The notes under the pieces: generated by a model | What the model was told of the DNA's origin: nothing | The model's input: the letters and a program-made list of their open reading frames with translations, nothing else | The model's database searches: none | Source of the DNA: Escherichia phage vB_EcoM_phAPEC6 | Reading direction: 5' to 3' (one strand) | DNA: 64,000 nucleotides | Sequence record: MK817115.1 | Made by a program: the position numbers and the translations under genes | In this document: one piece after another, positions 47,576 to 55,600 of the stretch | How positions within the stretch are numbered: position 1 is the stretch's first letter | Layout: each line of letters starts with the position of its first letter

Positions 47576-47580
47576 ATTAA

Positions 47581-47853
47581 TTAACCTTTTAAGTACTGGC
47601 TTAAGTAGTCTTGTTGATCTTCGGTGATTGCAGCCATCTTCCCTAGTACTGGATTGATGATATAATCCCCTGTAACGTCCTGTAACGCATTCTCAGGCGG
47701 TTTAACGGCTGGGGTAGCCATAGCCATTGCCTGGACTTGTTCGACGCTGTAACGCTCATAAAGGCGGCATTCTTCCGGTGTTAACATAGCATCAGTACGC
47801 TTCATCGGTTTAATGATGCTTTCGATCTCATTCAGTACTTGATTAACGTTCAT
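47581..47853 (-). CDS. hypothetical protein
   Basis: ORF-track ORF. Confidence 0.5.
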   Translation of the reverse strand: MNVNQVLNEIESIIKPMKRTDAMLTPEECRLYERYSVEQVQAMAMATPAVKPPENALQDVTGDYIINPVLGKMAAITEDQQDYLSQYLKG

Positions 47854-47904
47854 GGTATAATCCCCAATATAAGCGGCCTAAATCGACCGCTAACGATGTT
47901 TTGA

Positions 47905-48174
47905 TTAATAGGTGTATGGTTGACGCTCAAACAATGAATAGACGTTATACGCCCCGCTTATGGGCTTCGCTGGTAAATCAATTTTATATTGTTCACGCTT
48001 AAAGATAATAAAACGGCAATTGTTTTTAACATCAAAATTGATTGAACGTTCCAGGAGTTTACCATCGTGCACAAATACAAGATAACCGCTCGCTACTTGT
48101 TTTGTAGTACTGGTTGCAACCATAGACCGCCGAACATGTGTACCTGCATCAATTAAAGTACTGATATTTTTCAT
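47905..48174 (-). CDS. hypothetical protein
   Basis: ORF-track ORF. Confidence 0.5.
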   Translation of the reverse strand: MKNISTLIDAGTHVRRSMVATSTTKQVASGYLVFVHDGKLLERSINFDVKNNCRFIIFKREQYKIDLPAKPISGAYNVYSLFERQPYTY

Positions 48175-48254
48175 TATACTATCTTCTTAAGTTAATTTAA
48201 TTTCTTTCCCCTATGCAGACACTATATCAAAGTATCTGCATAAAGTAAAGCTAA

Positions 48255-48599
48255 TTAAAGATCTTTTTTGCGTTTAACATCAGTTACCGAACTGTAAACA
48301 GTGATATTATTGTCACGGCAAAAACGGGAAAGATAAGAACCGCGTAAAAACTCTTTATCTTCCATATTAATAACCTTGCTAAATTCTTCCATTGCTACAG
48401 TGTCAAAGTGATCCCCGTATCCATATTGGAACGGCACGTTTACTACTTCAATAAAATTACCATCAATTTCTACGTCTACACTTAAAGAGAAATAAGTGTT
48501 ACCATATGAAGCCTGGAACCAACGCCGAGCGGCAATATGTACAACTTCAACAGAAGACAGGTTGATATTTTGTTTTGCGATAGTGTTGATATTAGCCAT
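48255..48599 (-). CDS. hypothetical protein (YGYG/DVKRKKD paralog 2)
   Basis: paralog of 42063..42386 (GNTY, YGYG, C-terminal DVKRKKD). Confidence 0.55.
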   Translation of the reverse strand: MANINTIAKQNINLSSVEVVHIAARRWFQASYGNTYFSLSVDVEIDGNFIEVVNVPFQYGYGDHFDTVAMEEFSKVINMEDKEFLRGSYLSRFCRDNNITVYSSVTDVKRKKDL

Positions 48600-48680
48600 T
48601 TTAATTTCCTCTTAGTTGTCTTGATAAAATCTATTATGCCAGTACTATCAAACTATGTCAATAGTACTGTGATAATATTT

Positions 48681-48824
48681 TTACTTACTTTTTGCTTTCT
48701 TTGCTGCTTCCACCTGGTCGGCCCATTCTTTACCCCATACTTGTAAATTATAATGGTACTGGCAAAGTGCAACGCCCCGCTTTAAACCAGTAATAGATTT
48801 TTTACCACATTGACAAGTTTTCAT
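48681..48824 (-). CDS. small Cys-rich protein (47 aa), possible zinc ribbon
   Basis: CQCG...CQYH spacing; cassette upstream; hand-translated. Confidence 0.35.
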   Translation of the reverse strand: MKTCQCGKKSITGLKRGVALCQYHYNLQVWGKEWADQVEAAKKAKSK

Positions 48825-48910
48825 ATTAGTTTCCTCATTATCAGGGAGAACCATTTCTCCCCTTGATGTAATGTATTATACTTTATCTGATTTACTTTGC
48901 AAGTACTTTT

Positions 48911-49138
48911 TTAATTTAATTCATCCAGGCAAAGGATACGCTCAACGCCCAAATCAGTTAAACTAATCGACGGCACTTGATAGGTTTCAATGTATGCTAC
49001 ACTTGCCCACTGACCGAACTCATTAACGGCCCATTTATCCATTGCAAAATGCAATTCCGCACCTTTCTTATTAGTAATTACAGCAACAGTAGAAGAATTG
49101 CCAGTAGTACCAGTTACGCGAGTGATTACGATAGCCAT
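48911..49138 (-). CDS. hypothetical protein
   Basis: start at Met20 (MAIVITRV); track ORF to 49195 reads through leader. Confidence 0.5.
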   Translation of the reverse strand: MAIVITRVTGTTGNSSTVAVITNKKGAELHFAMDKWAVNEFGQWASVAYIETYQVPSISLTDLGVERILCLDELN

Positions 49139-49422
49139 TGTTTTAATTCCTTTGATTTGGAAGGAGAACCGTTTCCCCCTCTCGATGTAAAACATTATAC
49201 GCTAATCTCTTAATCGTGCAAGTACTTTTTATTACTTTTTGCAAAATACTTTAAACGCACTCAATCGCGTTCTTACAGCCTTAACGCCACCAGCTAGGGC
49301 AATGCATCAGATAATCAGTTTAATGCGTTAGAATCGATTCTAGGCGGTGCTGGTGGCCTGGTAAACGTTAAACACAAAAAAGCCCACTTATGCAGTGGGC
49401 TAGTGATTCAGTACTTTAATTG

Positions 49423-49905
49423 TTATGCTTCCACTTTGCGATGAGCTTCGATCCATTCCTCGCGAGTCATACCGCTGGAGTTAATCGCATCCAGTACTAC
49501 CGCAATGCAGTTACCACGCACCGGAATCAGATATTCTTCCCCGTTGTCCAGTACTACCGCTACACGTTTTTGAATCCATTTTTTAGGCTTAGATTCCGGC
49601 TTATCTTCCCCATACTTAACCGCCAGGGCTTTTTGTGCCATCTCTGTAACTACTTCCAGATCCAATCCAACTACTGCCGCCTGAATACTTTCAATTGTTG
49701 CTTGTAGTTCTGCTTCACGGGCCGCCTTTGCCGCTTCAATTTCTGCCGCTTTATTTGCTTGTAGTTCTTTCGCAGTACTATAAGCGATGTTAAAATTATT
49801 GCGTACCGCTTTCATGGTATCGTTATCCAGATCAGCCAGGATCTCTGCCGCGACGTTAGTTTCATTTGCTACCAGTGCTTTGATGAATGATTTTACATTA
49901 GCCAT
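49423..49905 (-). CDS. hypothetical Ala-rich coiled-coil protein
   Basis: start at Met6 behind GAGGA RBS; tandem promoters with structured leader upstream. Confidence 0.5.
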   Translation of the reverse strand: MANVKSFIKALVANETNVAAEILADLDNDTMKAVRNNFNIAYSTAKELQANKAAEIEAAKAAREAELQATIESIQAAVVGLDLEVVTEMAQKALAVKYGEDKPESKPKKWIQKRVAVVLDNGEEYLIPVRGNCIAVVLDAINSSGMTREEWIEAHRKVEA

Positions 49906-50103
49906 TTTATAAATCCTCAATTAAAGTTTAGTTTACGTTGGTTAGTGTATCAAAGTTTTCTCGACGTGTCCAGTTTTTCGTTCGACTTACTGGCGGTCTA
50001 CTTAGTGCTCCCCGTCTTGATGTAATATATTCTACGCCTTTTTGCGGTAATGTCAACTATTTTTTAAAACTATTTTCAAAGTATCTCAGTACTACGATAC
50101 TAC

Positions 50104-50132
50104 AAAAACAAAAAAAGCCCACCAGGTGGGCT
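50104..50132 (-). terminator. rho-independent terminator
   Basis: AGCCCACC..GGTGGGCT hairpin followed by T-run on minus strand. Confidence 0.6.
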
Positions 50133-50138
50133 ATGTAC

Positions 50139-50369
50139 TTAATCAGTAATTAAAACATTAAACACTTTATCATTTAACGTTATGGGTGTACTGCTACCAG
50201 GCTTGAGATCAGTTAGTACACCTGCAATAGCTTTTTCATTGGCGACCTTTCCAGTGTCCAACAGTACTACAGTACTGATAAGATTAACGCTCGTTTCAAT
50301 ATCATAATGCACGGCGTTAAGTAGTTGTGTAGTACTGCTTTCGTTAAGTAAAACAATTCGCTTAGTCAT
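50139..50369 (-). CDS. hypothetical protein
   Basis: ORF-track ORF. Confidence 0.5.
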   Translation of the reverse strand: MTKRIVLLNESSTTQLLNAVHYDIETSVNLISTVVLLDTGKVANEKAIAGVLTDLKPGSSTPITLNDKVFNVLITD

Positions 50370-50390
50370 GATGTTACCCCGTAGTATCTA

Positions 50391-50690
50391 TCAACGGCAA
50401 TTAATAACGCCAGTATGAGTTACTTTCTCAGTATCCATAACAGTGACCGAACCGCGTTTAGTACTTGCATCGTAATAAATTGTCGTGCTACCGTTTTCGT
50501 CTTCTTCATGGAACGGGCCGTTTTTAAATGCTTCCGGCTGGATCTCTAAATCCTTTAAAACAATCTCGCCAGTACTTTCATCGGTCATTGCAACAGTGCA
50601 CTGAATGAATTTTTCACTACTTACATCTAATGACGCATTAACAGCGAAAGAGGAAACAGATAAAGCCAGGGCGATGATTGCAATTTTCAT
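50391..50690 (-). CDS. secreted/periplasmic hypothetical protein
   Basis: classical signal peptide MKIAIIALALSVSSFAVNA with AXA site; two Cys; cassette upstream. Confidence 0.55.
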   Translation of the reverse strand: MKIAIIALALSVSSFAVNASLDVSSEKFIQCTVAMTDESTGEIVLKDLEIQPEAFKNGPFHEEDENGSTTIYYDASTKRGSVTVMDTEKVTHTGVINCR

Positions 50691-50775
50691 TTGATTATCC
50701 TTAGTTACCAGGGGGAACCGCTCCCCCCTTGCGATGTAAAATATTATACAGTACTAAAAACTAATTGCAAGTACT
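50691..50775 (-). promoter_or_regulatory. promoter / 5' stem-loop / RBS cassette
   Basis: TTGCAA, TATAAT, GGGGGAACCGCTCCCCCC hairpin. Confidence 0.6.
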
Positions 50776-51012
50776 TTATGATTTTTTATAAAACATTTCG
50801 GCAGTGATATTTTTACCCGTTGGTTGTACTTTATCCAGAATTTTTTGATGTCCAGGGCGACCAAATGAATAAGATCCGTAAACCGTAAACCAGTAGTTAC
50901 CCTCAGTGTTTACATGTACAGCACAATAGGGAACGCCCCGCGATTCATCACTAGTAAAGTGTGATACCGTACCCGTTACATTCGCAGACGTTGATTTGAT
51001 TTGTTCGACCAT
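50776..51012 (-). CDS. hypothetical protein
   Basis: ORF-track ORF; cassette upstream. Confidence 0.5.
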   Translation of the reverse strand: MVEQIKSTSANVTGTVSHFTSDESRGVPYCAVHVNTEGNYWFTVYGSYSFGRPGHQKILDKVQPTGKNITAEMFYKKS

Positions 51013-51120
51013 TTTCTTATTCCTTAGTTACCAGGGGAACCGCTCCCCCTATGCAAAACATTATACGCGTTTAAAAACTAATAGCAAGTATTTTAATAAA
51101 AAGTATTTGGAAAATAATTG

Positions 51121-51149
51121 TTGACAAGTGCATCCAGTACTGGCATAAT
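51121..51149 (+). promoter_or_regulatory. plus-strand sigma70-like promoter
   Basis: TTGACA-17-CATAAT; followed by CCCACCGGGTGC-containing ~100 nt and a terminator hairpin. Confidence 0.45.
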
Positions 51150-51262
51150 TACTACATCAAGACGAAACAGTCACTAACCCACCGGGTGCCGAGATCCGTC
51201 TATTAAATGATTCAGTACTAAAAAAAGAAAGGGGATCAATTGATCCCCTCGTTGTTATTTTG
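51150..51262 (+). ncRNA. candidate small RNA
   Basis: bounded by promoter above and GGGGATCAATTGATCCCC hairpin plus T-run; no ORF. Confidence 0.3.
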
Positions 51263-51476
51263 TAAGGTATAAACAGAAGTCACCTTTATTTGCTACGCCG
51301 CCAGTGTAACGCGAGGAATAGTTAGAAACGTCCTGGACTTCTGCTATTACCAGGGTATCATCATTCAATTCGTCGCAGAAGCAAACGGCTGGATCTTGTA
51401 CGCCGATATTGTCGGCATGTTCCCGCATAGATTTAACCAGTGCTTCAAGTTGGGAAAGAGTAGTGATATTAGCCAT
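51255..51476 (-). CDS. hypothetical protein
   Basis: start at Met11 (MANITTLSQ); track ORF to 51506. Confidence 0.5.
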   Translation of the reverse strand: MANITTLSQLEALVKSMREHADNIGVQDPAVCFCDELNDDTLVIAEVQDVSNYSSRYTGGVANKGDFCLYLTK

Positions 51477-51559
51477 TTTATTTTCCTCATTACCAGGGAG
51501 AACCATTTCTCCCCTTGATGTAAACTATTATACAGTACTAAAAACTAATTGCAAGTACT

Positions 51560-51841
51560 TTAACTGTAAGATCCGCAACGGTCGCAGTAGTGCCCCTCGT
51601 CATCGTCAACGAATTGACCAACGAAATTATCTACTTTCGCTTTCAGGTTATTATAATCGTTTTCTACTTCATTTAAACGCTTCTGGTAGTATTCCAGTGC
51701 TTTAAGATATGCCGCATCAGCAGTTTTCTCCTGCATAGCTAAATTCATGCCACGCGTTTCATCGTACAGCCAAAAACCATCGGTGCACTGGCTAATAGAT
51801 AATGACTTGCTTAGTACTGTATAGTTAATTACTTTACTCAT
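51560..51841 (-). CDS. hypothetical protein
   Basis: start at Met28 behind GAGGG RBS; track ORF to 51922 reads through GGCGGGG..CCCGCC hairpin. Confidence 0.5.
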   Translation of the reverse strand: MSKVINYTVLSKSLSISQCTDGFWLYDETRGMNLAMQEKTADAAYLKALEYYQKRLNEVENDYNNLKAKVDNFVGQFVDDDEGHYCDRCGSYS

Positions 51842-51899
51842 TAGATAAACCCTCAATAAAGGCGGGAACCATTCCCCGCCATTGTTACAGTACTGAATA

Positions 51900-52139
51900 T
51901 TACATTCCAACCATTGCAGCACGGATCGCAGTAGTGCTATACTTAAAGCCGTCCGGCGTTGTAGTAGTACCGTTGGCTTTTAATCTGCGGTACATGCATT
52001 CCGCTGCAATATCTTTAGTTCTACTTTGTGCGATACAACTTTGTGCAAGCCGATACAATGACTCACCGTTATTAATCCATAAGGAAACATTCCAATGAGT
52101 TTTGTTTTTGTGCCCGTTGTAAGTTTTAGTACTAGCCAT
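51900..52139 (-). CDS. hypothetical protein (THWNVSLWINN paralog 1)
   Basis: paralog of 53937..54176 (GHKNKTHWNVSLWINN, TPDGFKYSTTAIRAAMVGM). Confidence 0.55.
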   Translation of the reverse strand: MASTKTYNGHKNKTHWNVSLWINNGESLYRLAQSCIAQSRTKDIAAECMYRRLKANGTTTTPDGFKYSTTAIRAAMVGM

Positions 52140-52231
52140 TTTTTTTAATCCTCGTTTGAGCGGGGAACCACTCCCCGCCTCGATATAAAGTATTATACGC
52201 TTTTAAACTTAGTTTGCAAGTACTTTTTAAA
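52140..52231 (-). promoter_or_regulatory. promoter / 5' stem-loop / RBS cassette
   Basis: TTGCAA, TATAAT, GCGGGGAACCACTCCCCGC hairpin. Confidence 0.6.
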
Positions 52232-52843
52232 TTAATATTCGATTGATTCTACTACGCCATCAATAACATTGAATTGATATTCGTTACCCTCAATCAGTGC
52301 TGTAATGTTTTCAGTAGTGAATTGATCCTCATATGCATTCTCTAAATCACGGTACAACTTGCGGGATAATTCACGAATAGTTTCAGTGAGTAGTTCCTCA
52401 AGCTCATTAACTAACGTTTCTTGTTTTGCGGTTAAATCAGTGTAAGCCGATTCAATGTACCCGCTTACAGTGTTTTCATGCGAGTAGTGGGAGTGAGAAC
52501 GCTTTACACTCATCGCCAAATCATCTTCATTCAGCAGGTGACGGATTGAGCGATACTTAGTTAATGCTCTTACCTTGCGTAAAAACTTCACTGCGTCAAC
52601 GTGGTCAGTACTGATTGATGCACCGTCACCCTGGGACCAAAAACCACTGAATTGTATTTCAGCGTCATTAATGCCATATTCCGGCAATACTGTTTCTTTA
52701 TAGTGTTCAATTTCACTTTCAGAAAAATAATCGTCGTTTGAGTTTTTTTCACGTTCCCGAACCAGTTCGATAGCTGACGTTTTTTGTTCTGCGTTCAATT
52801 CAGAAAAATCCATAACATAAGTAGTAGTAGTGATAGTTTTCAT
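52232..52843 (-). CDS. hypothetical acidic protein (203 aa)
   Basis: ORF-track ORF, strongly Asp/Glu-rich; tandem promoters with structured leader upstream. Confidence 0.55.
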   Translation of the reverse strand: MKTITTTTYVMDFSELNAEQKTSAIELVREREKNSNDDYFSESEIEHYKETVLPEYGINDAEIQFSGFWSQGDGASISTDHVDAVKFLRKVRALTKYRSIRHLLNEDDLAMSVKRSHSHYSHENTVSGYIESAYTDLTAKQETLVNELEELLTETIRELSRKLYRDLENAYEDQFTTENITALIEGNEYQFNVIDGVVESIEY

Positions 52844-53060
52844 TTTGTAACCCTCATTCAGTAGTTTATGTAAGTATTATACGCTTTTAAAAACAATTGT
52901 CAAACTATTTTATCAGGGGAGTTTTTCGTGTGCCTTACTCCTGGGCTACTTAACGGGAAGTTACTTATTTCGTTCCCCGTCCTGATGTAAAACATTATAC
53001 GCCTTTAAACATAGTTTGCAAGTACTTTTTAAAAATAGTTTTCAGTACTGAATAGTAAAA
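52844..53060 (-). promoter_or_regulatory. tandem promoters separated by ~80-nt structured leader element (copy 2)
   Basis: near-identical to 43085-43170 element with compensatory stem changes. Confidence 0.5.
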
Positions 53061-53065
53061 AGGTA

Positions 53066-53094
53066 TTGACAGCACTATCCAGTACTGGTATAAT
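53066..53094 (+). promoter_or_regulatory. plus-strand consensus sigma70 promoter
   Basis: TTGACA-17-TATAAT; downstream CCCACCGGGTGC and GATACACTCCCGCACCC elements, no ORF. Confidence 0.45.
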
Positions 53095-53268
53095 ATACCC
53101 CATGACAACAGCTAACCCACCGGGTGCACAATTGTAACTGTACTAAACTACTTTTTCTATAGATACACTCCCGCACCCTATGGGCTACGGCTTATCTGCC
53201 AATGAATACATTATGCCAGTACTGACAAAATAAGTCAATACCGGCAATTGTAAAGATTTGTAAACTAC

Positions 53269-53499
53269 TTATACTGCAATCGCGTCCAGGCTATAATAAT
53301 AATAAGTGCCGTATTGGTGTACTTTATTACCTTTTATTTCAGTACTGAATGAATCCGAACGATTGGCATATGATGTTAATTTATAGTACTTTACTTTACT
53401 AATACGTTGCCATACACCGCAGATCCGCTGTAAGTAAGTAGTTTTATTTGTGGTAGTATCTTTTACGGCTTTCAATTCGATCATATACATAGTGGTCAT
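53269..53499 (-). CDS. hypothetical protein
   Basis: ORF-track ORF; AAGGAG RBS and cassette upstream. Confidence 0.55.
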   Translation of the reverse strand: MTTMYMIELKAVKDTTTNKTTYLQRICGVWQRISKVKYYKLTSYANRSDSFSTEIKGNKVHQYGTYYYYSLDAIAV

Positions 53500-53584
53500 T
53501 TTATTACTCCTTGCTTTAGTGGGGAACTATTCCCCACCTGATATAAAGTATTATACGCGTTTAAACTTAGTTTGCAAGTACTTT

Positions 53585-53851
53585 TTATTCAAGTACTGCG
53601 ATCTTTTTAATACGGTACACGGTCACGCGGTTGCCCTTTCGGTCGAGCTTTATTTCTACCACTCGACGCGATACACTATCAGGACTTTTCAACGCCGCTA
53701 ACCAGTACTGTAATGATCTGGCGGTACTACGCTTTACAATGGCCCAACGTTTACCACGTTCCGATTGTACGCCCATATCTTTAAACGTTGCCCCGTCCTG
53801 GCGTGCGGCGATCCGAGCTTGTTCACGCGTCGCAAAATACTTAATATTCAT
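53585..53851 (-). CDS. hypothetical protein (FATREQAR paralog 2)
   Basis: start at Met13 (MNIKYFATREQ); promoter region also paralogous to that of 41568..41963. Confidence 0.55.
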   Translation of the reverse strand: MNIKYFATREQARIAARQDGATFKDMGVQSERGKRWAIVKRSTARSLQYWLAALKSPDSVSRRVVEIKLDRKGNRVTVYRIKKIAVLE

Positions 53852-53936
53852 GCTGTTGCCCTTATCGTTGGTGTATGAATAAAACACTATTATAAAGTAC
53901 TATCGCAAAAAATGATAGTACTTTAAATAAATTCTA

Positions 53937-54176
53937 TTACATTCCAACCATTGCAGCACGGATCGCAGTAGTGCTATATTTGAATCCGTCCGGTGTTTTA
54001 TCTTGTCCAGTCTGTTCTAAAAATAACATCATATGACGGGCCGCATCATTACGATTAGTATTGGCGGCAATAAAGTCCTGGGCCAACCGGTATAATGATT
54101 CATCGTTATTAATCCAAAGGCTTACATTCCAATGAGTTTTGTTTTTGTGACCTAAGAACATTTTTGATTTAGCCAT
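53937..54176 (-). CDS. hypothetical protein (THWNVSLWINN paralog 2)
   Basis: start at Met14 (MAKSKMFLGHKNKTHW) by analogy with 51900..52139. Confidence 0.55.
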   Translation of the reverse strand: MAKSKMFLGHKNKTHWNVSLWINNDESLYRLAQDFIAANTNRNDAARHMMLFLEQTGQDKTPDGFKYSTTAIRAAMVGM

Positions 54177-54269
54177 TTTTTTAATCCTCTTATATAGTGG
54201 GGAACTATTCCCCACCTGATGTAAAACATTATACGCTTTTAAACATAGTTTGCAAGTACTTTATTAAAC
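54177..54269 (-). promoter_or_regulatory. promoter / 5' stem-loop / RBS cassette
   Basis: TTGCAA, TATAAT, GGGGAACTATTCCCCAC hairpin. Confidence 0.6.
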
Positions 54270-54632
54270 TTATTCGTAAATTTTGCCACTGTCAGCCCAT
54301 ACCAGGAAACGAGGCATATTATCCCATGCATCTTGTTTTAAATTTAAACCGTGTAATACTTCTGTACTTTCCATTCCTGGTACTGGTTTACTATACACCG
54401 CAAATAGTTCACCCATATACTGATAAGCCATCGTTAAATCACTGGCGATCATCTTATGGATCATCGCATCAAGCATCACGGTAGCGGCGTATTGTTCACG
54501 CTTAAGCGGTAACATTGCAATAAGTTCCCGATAAGCTGAAATGTGAATTTTTACCGTTTCAGCCGGAAGACCTTTCATCTCTTCACGGAAGTTAACCAGG
54601 TTAGCAATAATTTTATTGATTTGAGTCGCCAT
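54270..54632 (-). CDS. hypothetical protein
   Basis: start at Met20 (MATQINKII) behind AAGAGAGA RBS; first gene after the noncoding hub. Confidence 0.5.
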   Translation of the reverse strand: MATQINKIIANLVNFREEMKGLPAETVKIHISAYRELIAMLPLKREQYAATVMLDAMIHKMIASDLTMAYQYMGELFAVYSKPVPGMESTEVLHGLNLKQDAWDNMPRFLVWADSGKIYE

Positions 54633-54746
54633 CGTTTTCATCTCTCTTACAGTGTAGCGGGAAGTGTTCCCGCTCTCGATGTAAAACATTATACGCTTTT
54701 AAACATAGTTTGCAAGTACTTTCTACATGTACTTTTAAAATAGTTT

Positions 54747-54840
54747 TCTTTCTATATAGGAGTACTATTATTCAGTACTGCAACCATCCAGGGGAACTAT
54801 CTTTCTATATAGTAGTACTATTATTCAGTACTGAATCAAT
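54747..54840. repeat. direct repeat, 2 copies of ~36 bp
   Basis: CTTTCTATATAGGAGTACTATTATTCAGTACTG repeated ~60 bp apart. Confidence 0.55.
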
Positions 54841-54995
54841 CAACCAAATCACTACTACACCCCGTAAAACGGCCTCAGACGCATTCTAACGCATTAATAC
54901 ACCCAAGCTATACATTTGCACCATTCCAATCATTCCAGGGCTTTACGGGCCGTTTAAACGCGTTAAATTATTTTCAATTATTTTGTTTTTAGGTA

Positions 54996-55023
54996 TTGAC
55001 TCAGTACAGAAAAAGCGTATAAT
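54996..55023 (+). promoter_or_regulatory. plus-strand sigma70-like promoter
   Basis: TTGACT-16-TATAAT; followed by GGGTGCGG..CCGCACCC inverted repeat. Confidence 0.45.
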
Positions 55024-55210
55024 TACTATATAGACGCGAGAAAGCGGAAACCCCAGAGGGTGCGGAATTACGCCCAAAATTCAAGATATAAAAAAAGGAT
55101 ACACTCCCGCACCCTAGCAGGTAAACGCACTTTCTCAGTACTGAAATATAGTACCATAGTCCGGCCCAGGATAGCAAGCAAATTAATTAAAACTTTTTTC
55201 ATCCAGGGTA

Positions 55211-55238
55211 TTGCTTTATTTTTCCAGTACTGTATAAT
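55211..55238 (+). promoter_or_regulatory. plus-strand sigma70-like promoter
   Basis: TTGCTT-16-TATAAT; followed by GAGAAAG..CCCACCGGGTGC..TTACGCCCAAAATTCA element shared with 55040-55100. Confidence 0.45.
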
Positions 55239-55469
55239 AGTTCCATCAAGTCGAGAAAGACTCAAGCCCACCGGGTGCATAGTTACGCCCAAAATTCAGT
55301 ACTAGATTATTTTTTAAAAATATTCATCCAGGCGGTTGACATTGCCCCCAGTTTATAAGATAATGATTCCAGATTCAGAAAAATCTAACTCCAGATACTG
55401 CGGGGAAACTATCCCCACGCGGTAGGGGAACTATTGGAAAAAACAAAATAAAATTTTGATTTAGCCGTC

Positions 55470-55600
55470 TATACTTCCAGACGTGTAACCATCTAGCCGT
55501 TTAGCCGTCCAAACGTCTAGCCATCCAGCCCTCCAGAAATCTAGCCGTTTAGCCGTCTAGATGGATAGCCATCTTTACTTCCAGACTTCTGGAGGGCTAG
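55470..55600. repeat. iteron-like repeat cluster with inverted repeat
   Basis: CTAGCCGTTTAGCCGTC twice, multiple TAGCC(G/A)T words, 11-bp inverted repeat GCCCTCCAGAA/TTCTGGAGGGC. Confidence 0.5.

Noticed and set aside
49280-49355. tRNA gene at the inverted repeat GCCACCAGC ... GCTGGTGGC
   Set aside because: No T-loop (GTTCRA) or anticodon-arm geometry could be found; more likely a long hairpin. No tRNA recognised anywhere in the window, though this was checked by eye only.
55060-55305. ORFs 55060..55305 (+) and 55068..55292 (-) in the noncoding hub
   Set aside because: They overlap each other on opposite strands across promoter and hairpin elements, have no RBS and unusual composition; the region is better explained as regulatory or small-RNA DNA.
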